IMG/VR virus record: IMGVR_UViG_3300042691_040811
Direction: 5' to 3' (one strand)
Length of the DNA stretch: 64,000 nucleotides
From: a virus
Taxonomy: Duplodnaviria > Heunggongvirae > Uroviricota > Caudoviricetes
Shown here: positions 16,846-26,659 of the stretch, in pieces
How the letters are laid out: each line of letters opens with the position of its first letter
Position numbering within the stretch: the stretch's first letter is position 1
Notes under the pieces: generated by a model
What the model was told of the DNA's origin: nothing
Databases searched by the model: none
The model's input: the letters and a program-made list of their open reading frames with translations, nothing else
Program-made: the position numbers and the translations under genes

Positions 16846-19194
16846 TTAGTTGGAATAGCGAACCCAAGCAGGTTTGGAACTTTCCGTAATGGTTAAATTA
16901 CCTAAATTAACCTTTTGCAAAATAGCAATGATTTCGTCCCTTTGACTACCAGCGGTTTCTAAAACACCGTTATTATTTCTATCAAAATAAATAGTGGTGT
17001 TTGTAGATGTGTTTCTTGAAAAATACCTACCAGAGACAAATTGCAACTTGTCCACCAACCTGTTGAAATCTGTTATTAGCAAATAATCATTGGATCCTAC
17101 AACTGAGGAAACCCCATTATTGTAAAACACTCTGGGTGCCCCCTCCCTTAGCTGCCCTAACAGAAAAATATCCGCCCCACCTCTCCCAGTCACAGTGTCA
17201 ACTTGCCCCTTCCCCAGGGCTTGTGGAGTTATGCCAGAGGCAGGTACCCCAACCATAAAATTAGGGCTGTCATTCCCTGCGAGAGCATTATTAGATGTTG
17301 TACCCCAAAAGTAAGTATAACCTGTAGAGGTATCCGCTACGGTAACTTCTTTTGAGGCAATTTGAGTCGTCCTGCCAGAGTTGCTAAAAAGTTTGAAAAT
17401 TAATATCTCGGTTCCTTCCAGAGTATTATCATTAGCCACTGTGACTGTAACAGAACCTGAATTTGAGTTTATAGTGACGGAACCTTGCAAAGGCGCAGAA
17501 GAGATGTCGGTAGAGGATACTCCACTTATGAACCAGTACAACACTGTTCCATTATTTACGCCTGACGTACTAACTGAAAAAGTTAAAGAGGAACCTTCAT
17601 TTACGGTTGATGGGGCAATGATGGAGAATGTAGGTGCAGGCCCTCCAGAGTATCTAGTGGCCATTTCTACCAGCCCCGCCAATACATTGAGTCTGCCATT
17701 AGAAGCAACAACTCCGTTTAGAGATGGGGTGGGTGAAGCAGTGGTGAGTAGAACATTTCTTAAATCTCTACGATTTGCAGTAGGAAAAGAAGATAGGAAG
17801 GAGGCTAATGCTCCAGTGACGTGAGGGGTGGCCATAGAAGTACCACTAATAGATTGATAGTTCCCTGAAGGGAAAGTAGACATTATGCCTTCTCCAGGGG
17901 CTCCCAGGTCAACAGACGTAGAACCGTAGTTAGAAAACCCAGACAGACTACCGTTTGAGGACAATGAAGCCACAGAGGTGACAGCTTCCCACCCTGCCCC
18001 TGCCAAAGTGCTGTAATTTGCAGGGTAGAATGAGTAGTAATTGTTGTCTAGACCGCTGTTTCCCGCCGCTGCCAAAAAGTGATTATTTGCGTTTGCGCCA
18101 GCCACTATAGAGTTTAACAATAGCGTAGATAAACCGCCACCCCCCCAAGAGTTGTTAGTCCCTAAGAACATCGTAGGTGAGTTTGCATTAAAAGCAACAT
18201 CTTTGCTAAGGGTTTCAGCAGTGTAATAGTCGATGGCAGAGATTGCATCGCTAAGGTAACCTGATCCGCCAGAGTTTAGGAATTTAAGGGGCATGAGCTG
18301 AATTTTCCAATTCACCCCTACAACACCCGCCCCATTGCTCCCGATGGCCCCAATGGTGCCAGCCACATGAGTACCGTGATACTGGTCGTCTTTGGGGTCA
18401 TTATCATTATTAACAAAGTCCCACCCGATCAAATCGTCAACAAAACCGTTACCATCATTGTCCACCCCATTCTCCCATCTAACGTCATTTAGTAAGTCAC
18501 CAGCATCTATGCGCCCATTGGCGTTCACATCCGTTACGAATGCAGAGTTGGCAGGATCGTTGAGATCCCTAAAGGTTATTAAGCCGTCTCCGTCAACGTC
18601 CGTCAACGACCCATAGAAAGATAATGTTTTTATTTCCCCTTGATTGAGATAGATGTTTAGGTAGAGGTCGGGGTGTGTGTAGTCAATTCCAGTATCTACT
18701 ACACCCACCACAACCCTGGAGCTTCCAATGTGTCCTAAATTCCAGGCTTGCTCAGCTTGACTACCGAACTGATTAGTTGTGCCTGCGGGGCCTACCGTAG
18801 GAGTATCCCCCGAATACATCCCCCACAGACTACCAGAGGTATACAAAGGGTCGTTGCTCAACTCTACAGCCTTGTAGACAAAATTTGGCTCTACTGATAC
18901 CACCCCAGGGACACTCTTATAGGCAGTAATGGCATCGGCAGCACTAACATCAGAAGGCAAAGAAATAACTTCTACGAAACCTTTCTCCTTCGCCCTCATT
19001 AGAGAAGTTTGAAAGCTTTTAACTCTTTGACCCTTGAATTGTTTCAAGGTGGATGCCCCAGCATTAAAAGAGTTGGTATTTGACCACTTTACTACAATCT
19101 CATTTTTCCCTAACTCTTGAGATAAACAAGGTGTAATCTGTGCGACTAAGGAGATAAAGACAAAAAGTATTCCGAATTTTTTAAAAAATTCCAT
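16846..19194 (-). CDS. secreted subtilisin-like serine protease (S8) with C-terminal beta-rich extension
   Basis: Signal peptide. Catalytic triad motifs VGVVDTGIDYTHPDL (Asp), HGTHVAGTIGA (His), GTSMATPHVTGALA (Ser). Confidence 0.9.
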   Translation of the reverse strand: MEFFKKFGILFVFISLVAQITPCLSQELGKNEIVVKWSNTNSFNAGASTLKQFKGQRVKSFQTSLMRAKEKGFVEVISLPSDVSAADAITAYKSVPGVVSVEPNFVYKAVELSNDPLYTSGSLWGMYSGDTPTVGPAGTTNQFGSQAEQAWNLGHIGSSRVVVGVVDTGIDYTHPDLYLNIYLNQGEIKTLSFYGSLTDVDGDGLITFRDLNDPANSAFVTDVNANGRIDAGDLLNDVRWENGVDNDGNGFVDDLIGWDFVNNDNDPKDDQYHGTHVAGTIGAIGSNGAGVVGVNWKIQLMPLKFLNSGGSGYLSDAISAIDYYTAETLSKDVAFNANSPTMFLGTNNSWGGGGLSTLLLNSIVAGANANNHFLAAAGNSGLDNNYYSFYPANYSTLAGAGWEAVTSVASLSSNGSLSGFSNYGSTSVDLGAPGEGIMSTFPSGNYQSISGTSMATPHVTGALASFLSSFPTANRRDLRNVLLTTASPTPSLNGVVASNGRLNVLAGLVEMATRYSGGPAPTFSIIAPSTVNEGSSLTFSVSTSGVNNGTVLYWFISGVSSTDISSAPLQGSVTINSNSGSVTVTVANDNTLEGTEILIFKLFSNSGRTTQIASKEVTVADTSTGYTYFWGTTSNNALAGNDSPNFMVGVPASGITPQALGKGQVDTVTGRGGADIFLLGQLREGAPRVFYNNGVSSVVGSNDYLLITDFNRLVDKLQFVSGRYFSRNTSTNTTIYFDRNNNGVLETAGSQRDEIIAILQKVNLGNLTITESSKPAWVRYSN

Positions 19195-19222
19195 CTCTTC
19201 ATAAGGTGTGTTTCCTTAAGTT

Positions 19223-19483
19223 TTACCCGTCGTCCAAAGGTAGTCCTAATTCCTCCCTCAGTAACCTTGTGCTAATCTCTGCATTCTTGCTTGCTTCTTT
19301 CCAGGTTAGATAGTTAGCCCACGGGTATTTACTGTTCCACCTCATTTCGAATAGGAATCGCCTCCAGACTATAAACATCTTTTTATTAAAAATTTCCAAC
19401 AAGTCTGAGAGGTAAGGTTCTGTCAAGACAAGATAAAACAAAAGCCCGAGAGTAGAAGCCCAGGCCACATGGAGATAATTCAT
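19223..19483 (-). CDS. hypothetical protein
   Basis: 86-aa ORF between protease gene and downstream array. Confidence 0.3.
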   Translation of the reverse strand: MNYLHVAWASTLGLLFYLVLTEPYLSDLLEIFNKKMFIVWRRFLFEMRWNSKYPWANYLTWKEASKNAEISTRLLREELGLPLDDG

Positions 19484-19945
19484 TTTTTAACCTCAAAACT
19501 TACATAAAGCATTTTGTCACCTTTTCTAACCCCTTTCATCTCCGGGTGATCCTTAAACTTTGGATCCTTTCTGTATCCTTTACTTTCTGTTTTAACACAA
19601 AATCCTTGGTAGCCCAGTGGGATCACTATGCTTAAAGCAGTGAGGAGGATTAAAAAAGAGTCATTACCCATTTTTATCACCTTTAGGGCAAGGAAGACCT
19701 TAGCAACCAGATGGAATGGATGATACCAAATACAAAAAGCACCCCAATCACCCCACTAATCCACCCCACCCTAACCTCATGTTGCCTTATCTTCTCATCG
19801 ACCTTTTCATCAATCAGCCTTTCAATAAAACTAATGGAGTCTTTATTCATATAGGGAAAGGGGTTGTCTAACTTTACCCACTTTGCCAGTGTAGCAAAGC
19901 TCTCAAGTAAACGACCCGTTCTTAATACTTTTTTCTAGTTTGAAA

Positions 19946-20392
19946 TCAGCTCAGAGCGCCTTGGTAGTTGACGTAGAAAATCTCGTCAATGATGCCAAAG
20001 TCAATTGCCGACTGGATCATTTTCTCTGAGGCTGATCCGTTCTTCGGTCTCTCTGAGAAATAAACCGTGTACCAATGGTCAGGATTAACGGTTTTAAGCA
20101 AGATGCCATCGGCTATAGCCTTTTTAACGCTATCGGTCCTCTGGGCACCAGGCTTCTTTCTCTTTCCGGGCTTCCCTCCCTTAGCCTGAGCATACTTTCT
20201 CAGAGTTTTGACATGGCGGCCCTTACTATCAACAAGAGGGACATCTACGACAAAGTCCATTTCTATGCCACAGTCTGGGATGGGCAAATCCCTCGCAACG
20301 ACTGTAGATCCGTTATTTGAAACCTCGTATGTGATGGCAACATTTTCGTACTCTAAACCAATTTCCGTACAAGTTGCTTTTAAACTTTTCAT
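19946..20392 (-). CDS. hypothetical protein
   Basis: 148-aa ORF. Confidence 0.45.
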   Translation of the reverse strand: MKSLKATCTEIGLEYENVAITYEVSNNGSTVVARDLPIPDCGIEMDFVVDVPLVDSKGRHVKTLRKYAQAKGGKPGKRKKPGAQRTDSVKKAIADGILLKTVNPDHWYTVYFSERPKNGSASEKMIQSAIDFGIIDEIFYVNYQGALS

Positions 20393-20585
20393 TTTTTCAA
20401 AAAATTTACTACTTTTTTAATTTCAATACCGATAGAAACTGTCTAAGGAAAAATCTGCTTGCATTTCCTTAAACGTACATCTCTTATTATTAATTTTAAC
20501 CTTTTGAAGTTTTAATCCATCCGGCAACTCTTCCCACAATTTTACAGGTGGATAGGTTTTATCTAACATTGCGCTCTTGGGCAAC

Positions 20586-20612
20586 AAAAAAAAGGGAGGG
20601 GTTTGCTCCCTC
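20586..20612 (-). terminator. rho-independent terminator
   Basis: On minus strand agggaggg-agcaaac-ccctccct followed by T8, just downstream of gene 20696..21130. Confidence 0.6.
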
Positions 20613-20695
20613 CCTATGATAGTTTGCCCCTTGCATCTCCCTACTTAGGAAACGGAAAACTTCCTTAAGTTGACCCTTTTGCTAATAATCACTTT

Positions 20696-21130
20696 TTACT
20701 GATTGAAGGCAAAGAAATCAAATTGCAGCATCAGTGGGAAACTCACCGGGGTACAATCATGCTCACCGGCAAACATGTCGTTGGATTCGACGGGTTTTGC
20801 CCCTTCCGCCATAGAAAGTGTAAGGTGAGGCTGAGCGTTTCGGCACATTGCCCTAAGGTCTACTTCCGACAGATTGTCCACTGAGGCACTGGACGGAAGT
20901 TCAACTTTCAGGGCTTGGATTTTGCTGTTAAAGCAATTAGCAACGACTTGCACCTCTACCTGCTGACCGAGAAAGGACTCAATTTCGGGGGTAAGCTCCA
21001 CCCCAAACTGCAAAGTTACGTGGAAGTGCTTAGGCAGTTCGCCAAAAACAGGATTAACCCCATTAAGTCGAAGGTCGTCAGATAAGGAATTTTGATTGGG
21101 GGCAGAAAGCCAGAAAATACCTTTTGTCAT
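20696..21130 (-). CDS. 2H phosphoesterase superfamily protein (LigT/cyclic phosphodiesterase-like)
   Basis: Two H-x-T/S-x motifs: KHFHVTLQFG and QPHLTLSMAEG. Confidence 0.55.
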   Translation of the reverse strand: MTKGIFWLSAPNQNSLSDDLRLNGVNPVFGELPKHFHVTLQFGVELTPEIESFLGQQVEVQVVANCFNSKIQALKVELPSSASVDNLSEVDLRAMCRNAQPHLTLSMAEGAKPVESNDMFAGEHDCTPVSFPLMLQFDFFAFNQ

Positions 21131-21157
21131 TTTGCTCCGGAGGTTGTGTGTTAAGGG

Positions 21158-21373
21158 TCAAGCAGGGAGAACGGTTTCTTCCGTCAGCAAGCTAACGAAA
21201 AAGTCGAAGCTCTTACGGATGATGACGGGTTGGTTGAATGTCAGAGCGGCCTTAATAGCCGCATAACGAGCTTGAGCAAGGCTCTCAAAGGTTTCCCCGT
21301 CCACCATGAGGCCGTTTTGCAGTTCAAGATGAAACTCAGGTTGGGCCAGATCAGAAGTCATGGGAGGGGTCAC
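21158..21373 (-). CDS. hypothetical protein
   Basis: 71-aa ORF; degenerate copies of the conserved promoter upstream (21395-21470). Confidence 0.35.
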   Translation of the reverse strand: MTPPMTSDLAQPEFHLELQNGLMVDGETFESLAQARYAAIKAALTFNQPVIIRKSFDFFVSLLTEETVLPA

Positions 21374-21586
21374 AGGGGTATGGGGCGAGCTACCCCCTAA
21401 TTGTAACGGGACCTTGTGGGGGGATCAAGACCGTGGTTACTTATTGTAACACCTTGCCTAAGGTGCTGGGTCCTTACTGTCTGAGCCCTCTCGCCCGCCC
21501 ACACCTCGATCTCAATGCTCTCAAATGCGTATCACAATGAGAACGACATTCCTCCGCTCCAGAGAAACAAGACCTAAAGCACCCCG

Positions 21587-22138
21587 TTAATCCCCCTCAA
21601 AGTCATCCCTAAGAGCAGTGAGAACTTGGCCCAGCCAATTTGTCCCCCTCCAATTCTTGGGGTCACTCACCCCTTCGTCATTGCAACCAAGGCCAATACC
21701 CCATACAGTATCATAAGGAGATGCCTCTACCAGATACTGCCCCCTGGTGCCCATCAAGTAGTCATAGGCATCCTTATTTTGAGAAAACTTGTAGTAACAC
21801 CCCTCATAAACAATTTGACGAGCGTGCAAATCCCAGGTTTCCTTGTCAAACCCCTTAACTTCCCTACCCAGTGCTTTCTGGTCTCTCGGGTGCTTACTTT
21901 GGAGGATTTTTTCCGCTGTTTCAGGATCATTGAAAAGCAAAGCTTTTTTGTGCATCATGTACTGCTCAGAGCAACCATAATGAATACCCGTTCTGGGGTC
22001 AGTGAAAGGCGTATTTGACCAATTAGATAGGTACCCTGTGTAGAAGAAAAAATACTTGTCGTACTTTTTTAAAAAGTTTTGCTCTTTAAATTCCTTCATT
22101 TTGCCCCTATGGTTTAAACTGTAAAGTTCAGTAATCAA
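21587..22138 (-). CDS. NADAR (YbiA/DUF1768) domain protein
   Basis: FFFYTGYLSNWSNTPF ... YGCSEQYMMHKKALLF ... matches the YbiA-family F-x-F...LSNF...SxEHxFxxxKA pattern. Confidence 0.7.
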   Translation of the reverse strand: MITELYSLNHRGKMKEFKEQNFLKKYDKYFFFYTGYLSNWSNTPFTDPRTGIHYGCSEQYMMHKKALLFNDPETAEKILQSKHPRDQKALGREVKGFDKETWDLHARQIVYEGCYYKFSQNKDAYDYLMGTRGQYLVEASPYDTVWGIGLGCNDEGVSDPKNWRGTNWLGQVLTALRDDFEGD

Positions 22139-22562
22139 CCCTAACCTTTTTCCTCTTCTTCAGATTCCTGAAAACTTTGATTTGTCTGGGAGTATGGTGG
22201 ACAATTGGAGAGGAACACGTAAAGACTTTGTTTTTAGGGGTGTTTTCAGTATTGTCACTGGGCAAGTCTACAGAAGGCGAAAAATCTGTAGAAAAATCAC
22301 TATCTTCGTGAAGGTGCTCGTATGCAGGGTTCATTACCTTGTAAGGAAGATCCTTATAGGTGAAGTATACGATACCCCTACCCCTTTCATCATAGTAACC
22401 GAGCATGGAGCGGGCGGCGCTGGCGGCCTCCCAGGGAAGCTCGTCAGAGTAGCAGACCTGGAATCCAAGGTCAGCCATAGCCTGCCCCACCTCCGCCCTG
22501 AGGGCATCTTGCTGATTGGCGGCAGTGGTAGAGAGTCTGTAAGTTCTGGTATGAGGTCGCAT
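22128..22562 (-). CDS. hypothetical protein
   Basis: 144-aa ORF. Confidence 0.45.
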   Translation of the reverse strand: MRPHTRTYRLSTTAANQQDALRAEVGQAMADLGFQVCYSDELPWEAASAARSMLGYYDERGRGIVYFTYKDLPYKVMNPAYEHLHEDSDFSTDFSPSVDLPSDNTENTPKNKVFTCSSPIVHHTPRQIKVFRNLKKRKKVRVDY

Positions 22563-22649
22563 GGTGTTCTGGAAGAACGAAGTTATCTTAACACCCTCTC
22601 CCTATTTAAGGCAAGGCATCCGGTGCGGGTTGCCCCCCCTTGAGGGTTT

Positions 22650-22685
22650 CAGTCAGGGGCAAAAAAAAAGGGGGGGGTGCCCCCC
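22650..22685 (-). terminator. rho-independent terminator
   Basis: Minus strand: gggggg-gca-cccccc hairpin followed by T9; downstream of 22711..23109. Confidence 0.6.
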
Positions 22686-22710
22686 GGTTGACTTGCCAAC
22701 AACACCCCCA

Positions 22711-23109
22711 CTAGATAAGTTGAACAAGTTTCCCAAAAAGGTCATAGATCCCTTCAAACCCTAAAGATTGCGCTAGTTCCCAGGCAAGATCGAAAGCCTC
22801 AAACCTTTTAGGATTTTCCTTCACATTGTAATACTCAAAGAGGTCAACCCTAAACTCCTCAATAAGGGATGCTATTTCAGACCCCCTCTTTTTAAAGTAC
22901 ATTTCATACTTTTCCGTGTCCAGAACTATTTGAACTACGGCTTCAGGATAATTGCCATTGGGATGCAACTCTTGGATGAAGTCACGTTCATAGATACTTC
23001 GATGTCCTTCCCAGACAACTTTGCCCTTGTCATAAACGAAGACCTTTTCAAAATCTTTCTTGCTTAAAGGTGGAGTGGCCGGGCCGCTGTAGTATTCAAA
23101 TGGTTTCAT
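22711..23109 (-). CDS. hypothetical protein
   Basis: 132-aa ORF. Confidence 0.5.
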   Translation of the reverse strand: MKPFEYYSGPATPPLSKKDFEKVFVYDKGKVVWEGHRSIYERDFIQELHPNGNYPEAVVQIVLDTEKYEMYFKKRGSEIASLIEEFRVDLFEYYNVKENPKRFEAFDLAWELAQSLGFEGIYDLFGKLVQLI

Positions 23110-23114
23110 TCTGA

Positions 23115-23471
23115 TCAGGGTTTGGTTTTTTCTTTTTTGTCTTTGAGGAGTTTGCGCAGACGTTTAGCATCCTGCTCAATGAACTTAACGAGCTTCTCGG
23201 CAAATTCCGGGCAGCGCTCAATCAGTGCCTCAAATTCTTTGCTAAAGGGGTTAACCTCGGTAACACAATTACCCATGTGTACGTAAATGGCGTGGTCGTC
23301 AGCATGGCGTGCCCTCTGCACATGAACCAAGTTGCAATGGTGGCCCAGGCCAAAATCTTTTTCTTCCATGTCAAGGCACCCCTCGTAAACCTTTTGAGCA
23401 AACTGCTCAGGGTGCTTGAGGATTTGATCGCACCCGTCATTGTAGACAGTGAACGTTGTCAGATAACCCAT
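23115..23471 (-). CDS. hypothetical protein
   Basis: 118-aa ORF directly downstream of conserved promoter 23483-23595. Confidence 0.5.
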   Translation of the reverse strand: MGYLTTFTVYNDGCDQILKHPEQFAQKVYEGCLDMEEKDFGLGHHCNLVHVQRARHADDHAIYVHMGNCVTEVNPFSKEFEALIERCPEFAEKLVKFIEQDAKRLRKLLKDKKEKTKP

Positions 23472-23482
23472 GTTTCTTTAGC

Positions 23483-23595
23483 AGTGGCGGCCTCGGGCCG
23501 CCTTACACAGGTATTGTAACATCTTGCTCTCAGGGCTGTCAACCCTGAGATTTGAGTGCCGGGACAACCTTGCTCTCAGGGTTAGCAATAACCAA
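23483..23595 (-). promoter_or_regulatory. conserved promoter + 5'UTR hairpin + one upstream half-unit
   Basis: gtggcggcctcgggccgcc hairpin, gtattgtaac (-10), gctgtcaaccc (-35), then second unit caaccttgctctcagggttagcaat. Confidence 0.6.
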
Positions 23596-23613
23596 AACCC
23601 TTATAGAGGGACA

Positions 23614-23886
23614 TTAACTATCGTCAACCAGGCTTTCCCATAGGATTTTAGCCTTTTTGAGGGAGTCATTGGGCTTCGGCGGGTTGATCAGGGTTTCTGC
23701 CAAAAGGCATTGATCTTCTTCTGATAGAAGCAGGGTTTTGCCGTCAGGGGGAAGGGGGGCATCCATGTCAATGCACACCCCCTCAGTCAGCTCTTTGAGC
23801 CTTTTTGCCAAGTCTTCAGTTATAGGGATAAGGGCAGGATCCTCCCACCAGTCATTGCTTTCCAAATTTACTGCCCCCGGAGCCAT
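23614..23886 (-). CDS. hypothetical protein
   Basis: 90-aa ORF. Confidence 0.35.
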   Translation of the reverse strand: MAPGAVNLESNDWWEDPALIPITEDLAKRLKELTEGVCIDMDAPLPPDGKTLLLSEEDQCLLAETLINPPKPNDSLKKAKILWESLVDDS

Positions 23887-24088
23887 AGAAATTTTCTAAA
23901 TTTTCCAAAGACTTCTCAGGGGAAACCTTAGCTTGCTCAACTTGTTCAATCACTTTCATTGCCTCGGCCAATTCCTTTTCACCCTCAATTGCATTGCCAT
24001 TGTGGAAATGGGCGTTGGCAGCCGATACCCTGCGGGAGAGGGCGATGAATGCTTGAGAAAAGTCAAGGCCAGTTTGATAGTAAAACAT
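23852..24088 (-). CDS. hypothetical protein
   Basis: 78-aa ORF. Confidence 0.35.
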   Translation of the reverse strand: MFYYQTGLDFSQAFIALSRRVSAANAHFHNGNAIEGEKELAEAMKVIEQVEQAKVSPEKSLENLENFYGSGGSKFGKQ

Positions 24089-24114
24089 TGCTTTAATGGT
24101 TTAGGTGGATGGGT

Positions 24115-24243
24115 CAATTTTGACGGTTAGAACTATCCTTAACAGGGACATCAAACCCCATTTTACTTTCCATGTAGAAAAGGAAGGAGAGGAGAAATGC
24201 CACGAGCGTTAGCGTTGCCATTTTGCCAAAGCGTTTCCCTGCC
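24115..24243 (-). CDS. small hydrophobic peptide (about 42 aa)
   Basis: Own translation MAGKRFGKMATLTLVAFLLSFLFYMESKMGFDVPVKDSSNRQN; immediately downstream of promoter copy 24243-24290. Below the ORF-track length cutoff. Confidence 0.35.
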
Positions 24244-24290
24244 ATGGTAGCACCTTGCTCCCCGGATGTCAACCCACCTTTGGGCACTAG
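24243..24290 (-). promoter_or_regulatory. conserved promoter element (no hairpin)
   Basis: catggtagcaccttgctccccggatgtcaaccc. Confidence 0.5.
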
Positions 24291-24296
24291 CCGATG

Positions 24297-25787
24297 TCAC
24301 TCCCTAAATCTACTTCTGTGATTAGCTTTGAACTCATCCTCTTCAATAGGGACAATTTTTCCGTTTAGAACCTTGCCACGCATGTCACCCCACCTGTCGG
24401 GAGAAGAGAAACCGAACTTAGTGTATGCCTCTTCCCTCATATCCTCTTTACCGTCACCTCTAGCCGCAGAAACCATCAACACTGTGCCATCTTTAAGGCT
24501 ACCTACAACGACATCAAACTGTCTTATTAGTTCCCTTGTCACAGCAATGGTGTCTCTACGGGGCAAATCCCCCTTAGAGACGTAGCTGTCGTTGACCATA
24601 AAAGACAAAGAATCAGGAGAAACGTTAATACTCACCTTATTACCCATTACTTTACTCTCAATGTTAACTGAGGGACTGCCGGAACCTGCGTACATCTTAA
24701 GCTCAATACTCTTAGTATCCTCTCTCCCGTCCTTAATCCCGCCCCTTTCTAGCCTATTTACAAGCTGAGCCAACCCGTAGTTATTTTCCCAAAAGGAGCC
24801 TGGATCTTTAGCAATCCCTTGCCTAATCCCCAACTTATCCTCAAACCTTGCCATCCTTCTTTCCAACTTGTCATATTTTGCCCTGTCTCCGACAACTATG
24901 GCCGCCATCATTTCGTCCTTTACTTTATTTCGGGCCTCTATGATTCTGGCTCTTGCCCAAACTTCTCCCTTAGCTGAATCTGAAGGCTTGTAACCAATTT
25001 TTTCTCCGGTTCTTTCCTGCATTTTAGCCAGAGCTTTTTCCAACCTAACATACTCCTTCCTGTTCCCATCCCTAGCAGCATCCTCAAGCTTCTCTTTTAA
25101 CATTCCCCTCATCGACGCATAATTATGTCTCCTTAACTTTCCTCTAAAATCTTTATTATATGCCTCGTTCCAAATCTCCCTTCTATTGTAGACATAGTCG
25201 TTCGGCCTAAAGTCTTTCGCAGCCTTACTCTGCATCAACATCAGAGTTTTTTCTAATTTGTCGTACGTCCCTAAATTCCCTCTCTTGGCAGCTTGCTCCA
25301 TTCGGCTGAGCAGCCTATCCAGAGTTTTTGCGTATGTTTGCTTTCTCTGCCTTAGCTTAATTTCCCGCTCGCTGGAAATAGGTTGGGTGCGGGGCATCCT
25401 TAGCTTAGCCCCCGCCCCTTTCTCCAGTCTTTCTATGCGCTTAGTTAATTCCTCAACTCTAGGGCCATTACCTCTTAGCACAGCACGGTCAATCTGCCTC
25501 TGCAACTTCCCTCTAACCCTTTCATAGTCACCTTTCAAACTTTTTTGAAATTTTTCCCTCTCCTTCGGAATAAGCAGCTTGGCCTTACTCTTTGCTTCGT
25601 AAATTTTACCACTTAGAGAAGACTTTGCTTTGGTTAAAGATGAGGATACAGCGTCGGACATTTCAACAAGACAAGCTTTCCACCCGCTTATGCAAGTTGC
25701 TGAGCAAGACTTTCCTTTGCGGCACCTGTCCCTTTTACCGCCAACAGCCTTTTGCTTAGCCCTTCTAATTTCCCCAGAGGTGACCAT
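24297..25787 (-). CDS. Cys4-N-terminal family protein with Y-x-K/R-L-E repeats and C-terminal GDG domain
   Basis: N-term KAVGGKRDRCRKGKSCSATCISGWKACLVEMSDAVSSSLTKA. Internal repeats YDKLEKTL / YVRLEKAL / YDKLERRM. C-term DGTVLMVSAARGDGKEDMREEAYTKFGFS...EEDEF. Confidence 0.7.
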   Translation of the reverse strand: MVTSGEIRRAKQKAVGGKRDRCRKGKSCSATCISGWKACLVEMSDAVSSSLTKAKSSLSGKIYEAKSKAKLLIPKEREKFQKSLKGDYERVRGKLQRQIDRAVLRGNGPRVEELTKRIERLEKGAGAKLRMPRTQPISSEREIKLRQRKQTYAKTLDRLLSRMEQAAKRGNLGTYDKLEKTLMLMQSKAAKDFRPNDYVYNRREIWNEAYNKDFRGKLRRHNYASMRGMLKEKLEDAARDGNRKEYVRLEKALAKMQERTGEKIGYKPSDSAKGEVWARARIIEARNKVKDEMMAAIVVGDRAKYDKLERRMARFEDKLGIRQGIAKDPGSFWENNYGLAQLVNRLERGGIKDGREDTKSIELKMYAGSGSPSVNIESKVMGNKVSINVSPDSLSFMVNDSYVSKGDLPRRDTIAVTRELIRQFDVVVGSLKDGTVLMVSAARGDGKEDMREEAYTKFGFSSPDRWGDMRGKVLNGKIVPIEEDEFKANHRSRFRE

Positions 25788-25823
25788 ACTACATTATGCT
25801 ATAATGTAGATTTTACCCCTTTG

Positions 25824-26177
25824 CTACGGCAGGGTCCACCCCTTATATTGCCCCTTACGCCCATTCACCACAAGAATAAGGTGCTTTCTTTCCAGCCCAA
25901 ACTCTTTGCAAAACTCTTTAAGATTTTCCCTCTTGATAATTTCCCCACCAGGAGACCTCAAAGTAATGCAACCGCAGGCCCAATTTATAAAATCTGCTTT
26001 GGTTTTGTCAGGGCGAGTCCACCCTTTGTGTTGCCAATTTTCCCCATTCACCACCTTGCTAATAAGGGTGACATCAAGATTGTTCTCTCTTGCAAACTTA
26101 GAGAGACCCCACCCCTTGACAATCTCGCCGTCAGGGCTCCTTAGCACAAACGTCTTCATTGCCCCTGGTGGCACCAT
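25824..26177 (-). CDS. small protein with two tandem about 43-aa repeats
   Basis: LRSPDGEIVKGWGLSKF...NGENWQHKGWT and LRSPGGEIIKRENLKEF...NGRKGQYKGWT. Confidence 0.5.
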   Translation of the reverse strand: MVPPGAMKTFVLRSPDGEIVKGWGLSKFARENNLDVTLISKVVNGENWQHKGWTRPDKTKADFINWACGCITLRSPGGEIIKRENLKEFCKEFGLERKHLILVVNGRKGQYKGWTLP

Positions 26178-26191
26178 TCCAGGGCATCCTA

Positions 26192-26395
26192 TCAGGTTTC
26201 TACCTCGCTTGCAACCCTCTCCTCCCTCTTTAGTTTAAAGTATAGCTTATAGTACCTCGCCTTTATTTCGTCAAATGCAGCAGTATCGTCAAGGAAGCCC
26301 ATGTGCTTTGTGAGCATGGAGCATCCTTCCAGCTCACTAAGCAACCTTGCAACATTCACACTTGTTACCTCTAGCTGATCCGACGATTCAGTCAT
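26192..26395 (-). CDS. hypothetical protein
   Basis: 67-aa ORF. Confidence 0.35.
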   Translation of the reverse strand: MTESSDQLEVTSVNVARLLSELEGCSMLTKHMGFLDDTAAFDEIKARYYKLYFKLKREERVASEVET

Positions 26396-26659
26396 TACTA
26401 TGTAATAAAAAGAGGGCCATTGGTTCTCACCAATGTCCCCAGGTTTTGAAGCAATTAGGAGAAGCGAGCGGCAAAAGCCAGAGCGTGCTTCTTATTGCGG
26501 AAACTGCGAGCCTGACGGGTGACATAGTAGCGGTCACCTCGAAGGGTATTTTCCTTCAATTCCATAACATGGACGAAGTAGGAACCGAACCCCTTCTGGG
26601 AGGGGTGTAGCGGACGCTGACTGTCCGGGCAGGGGAGTCCATGATTGATGCCTCCTTGA

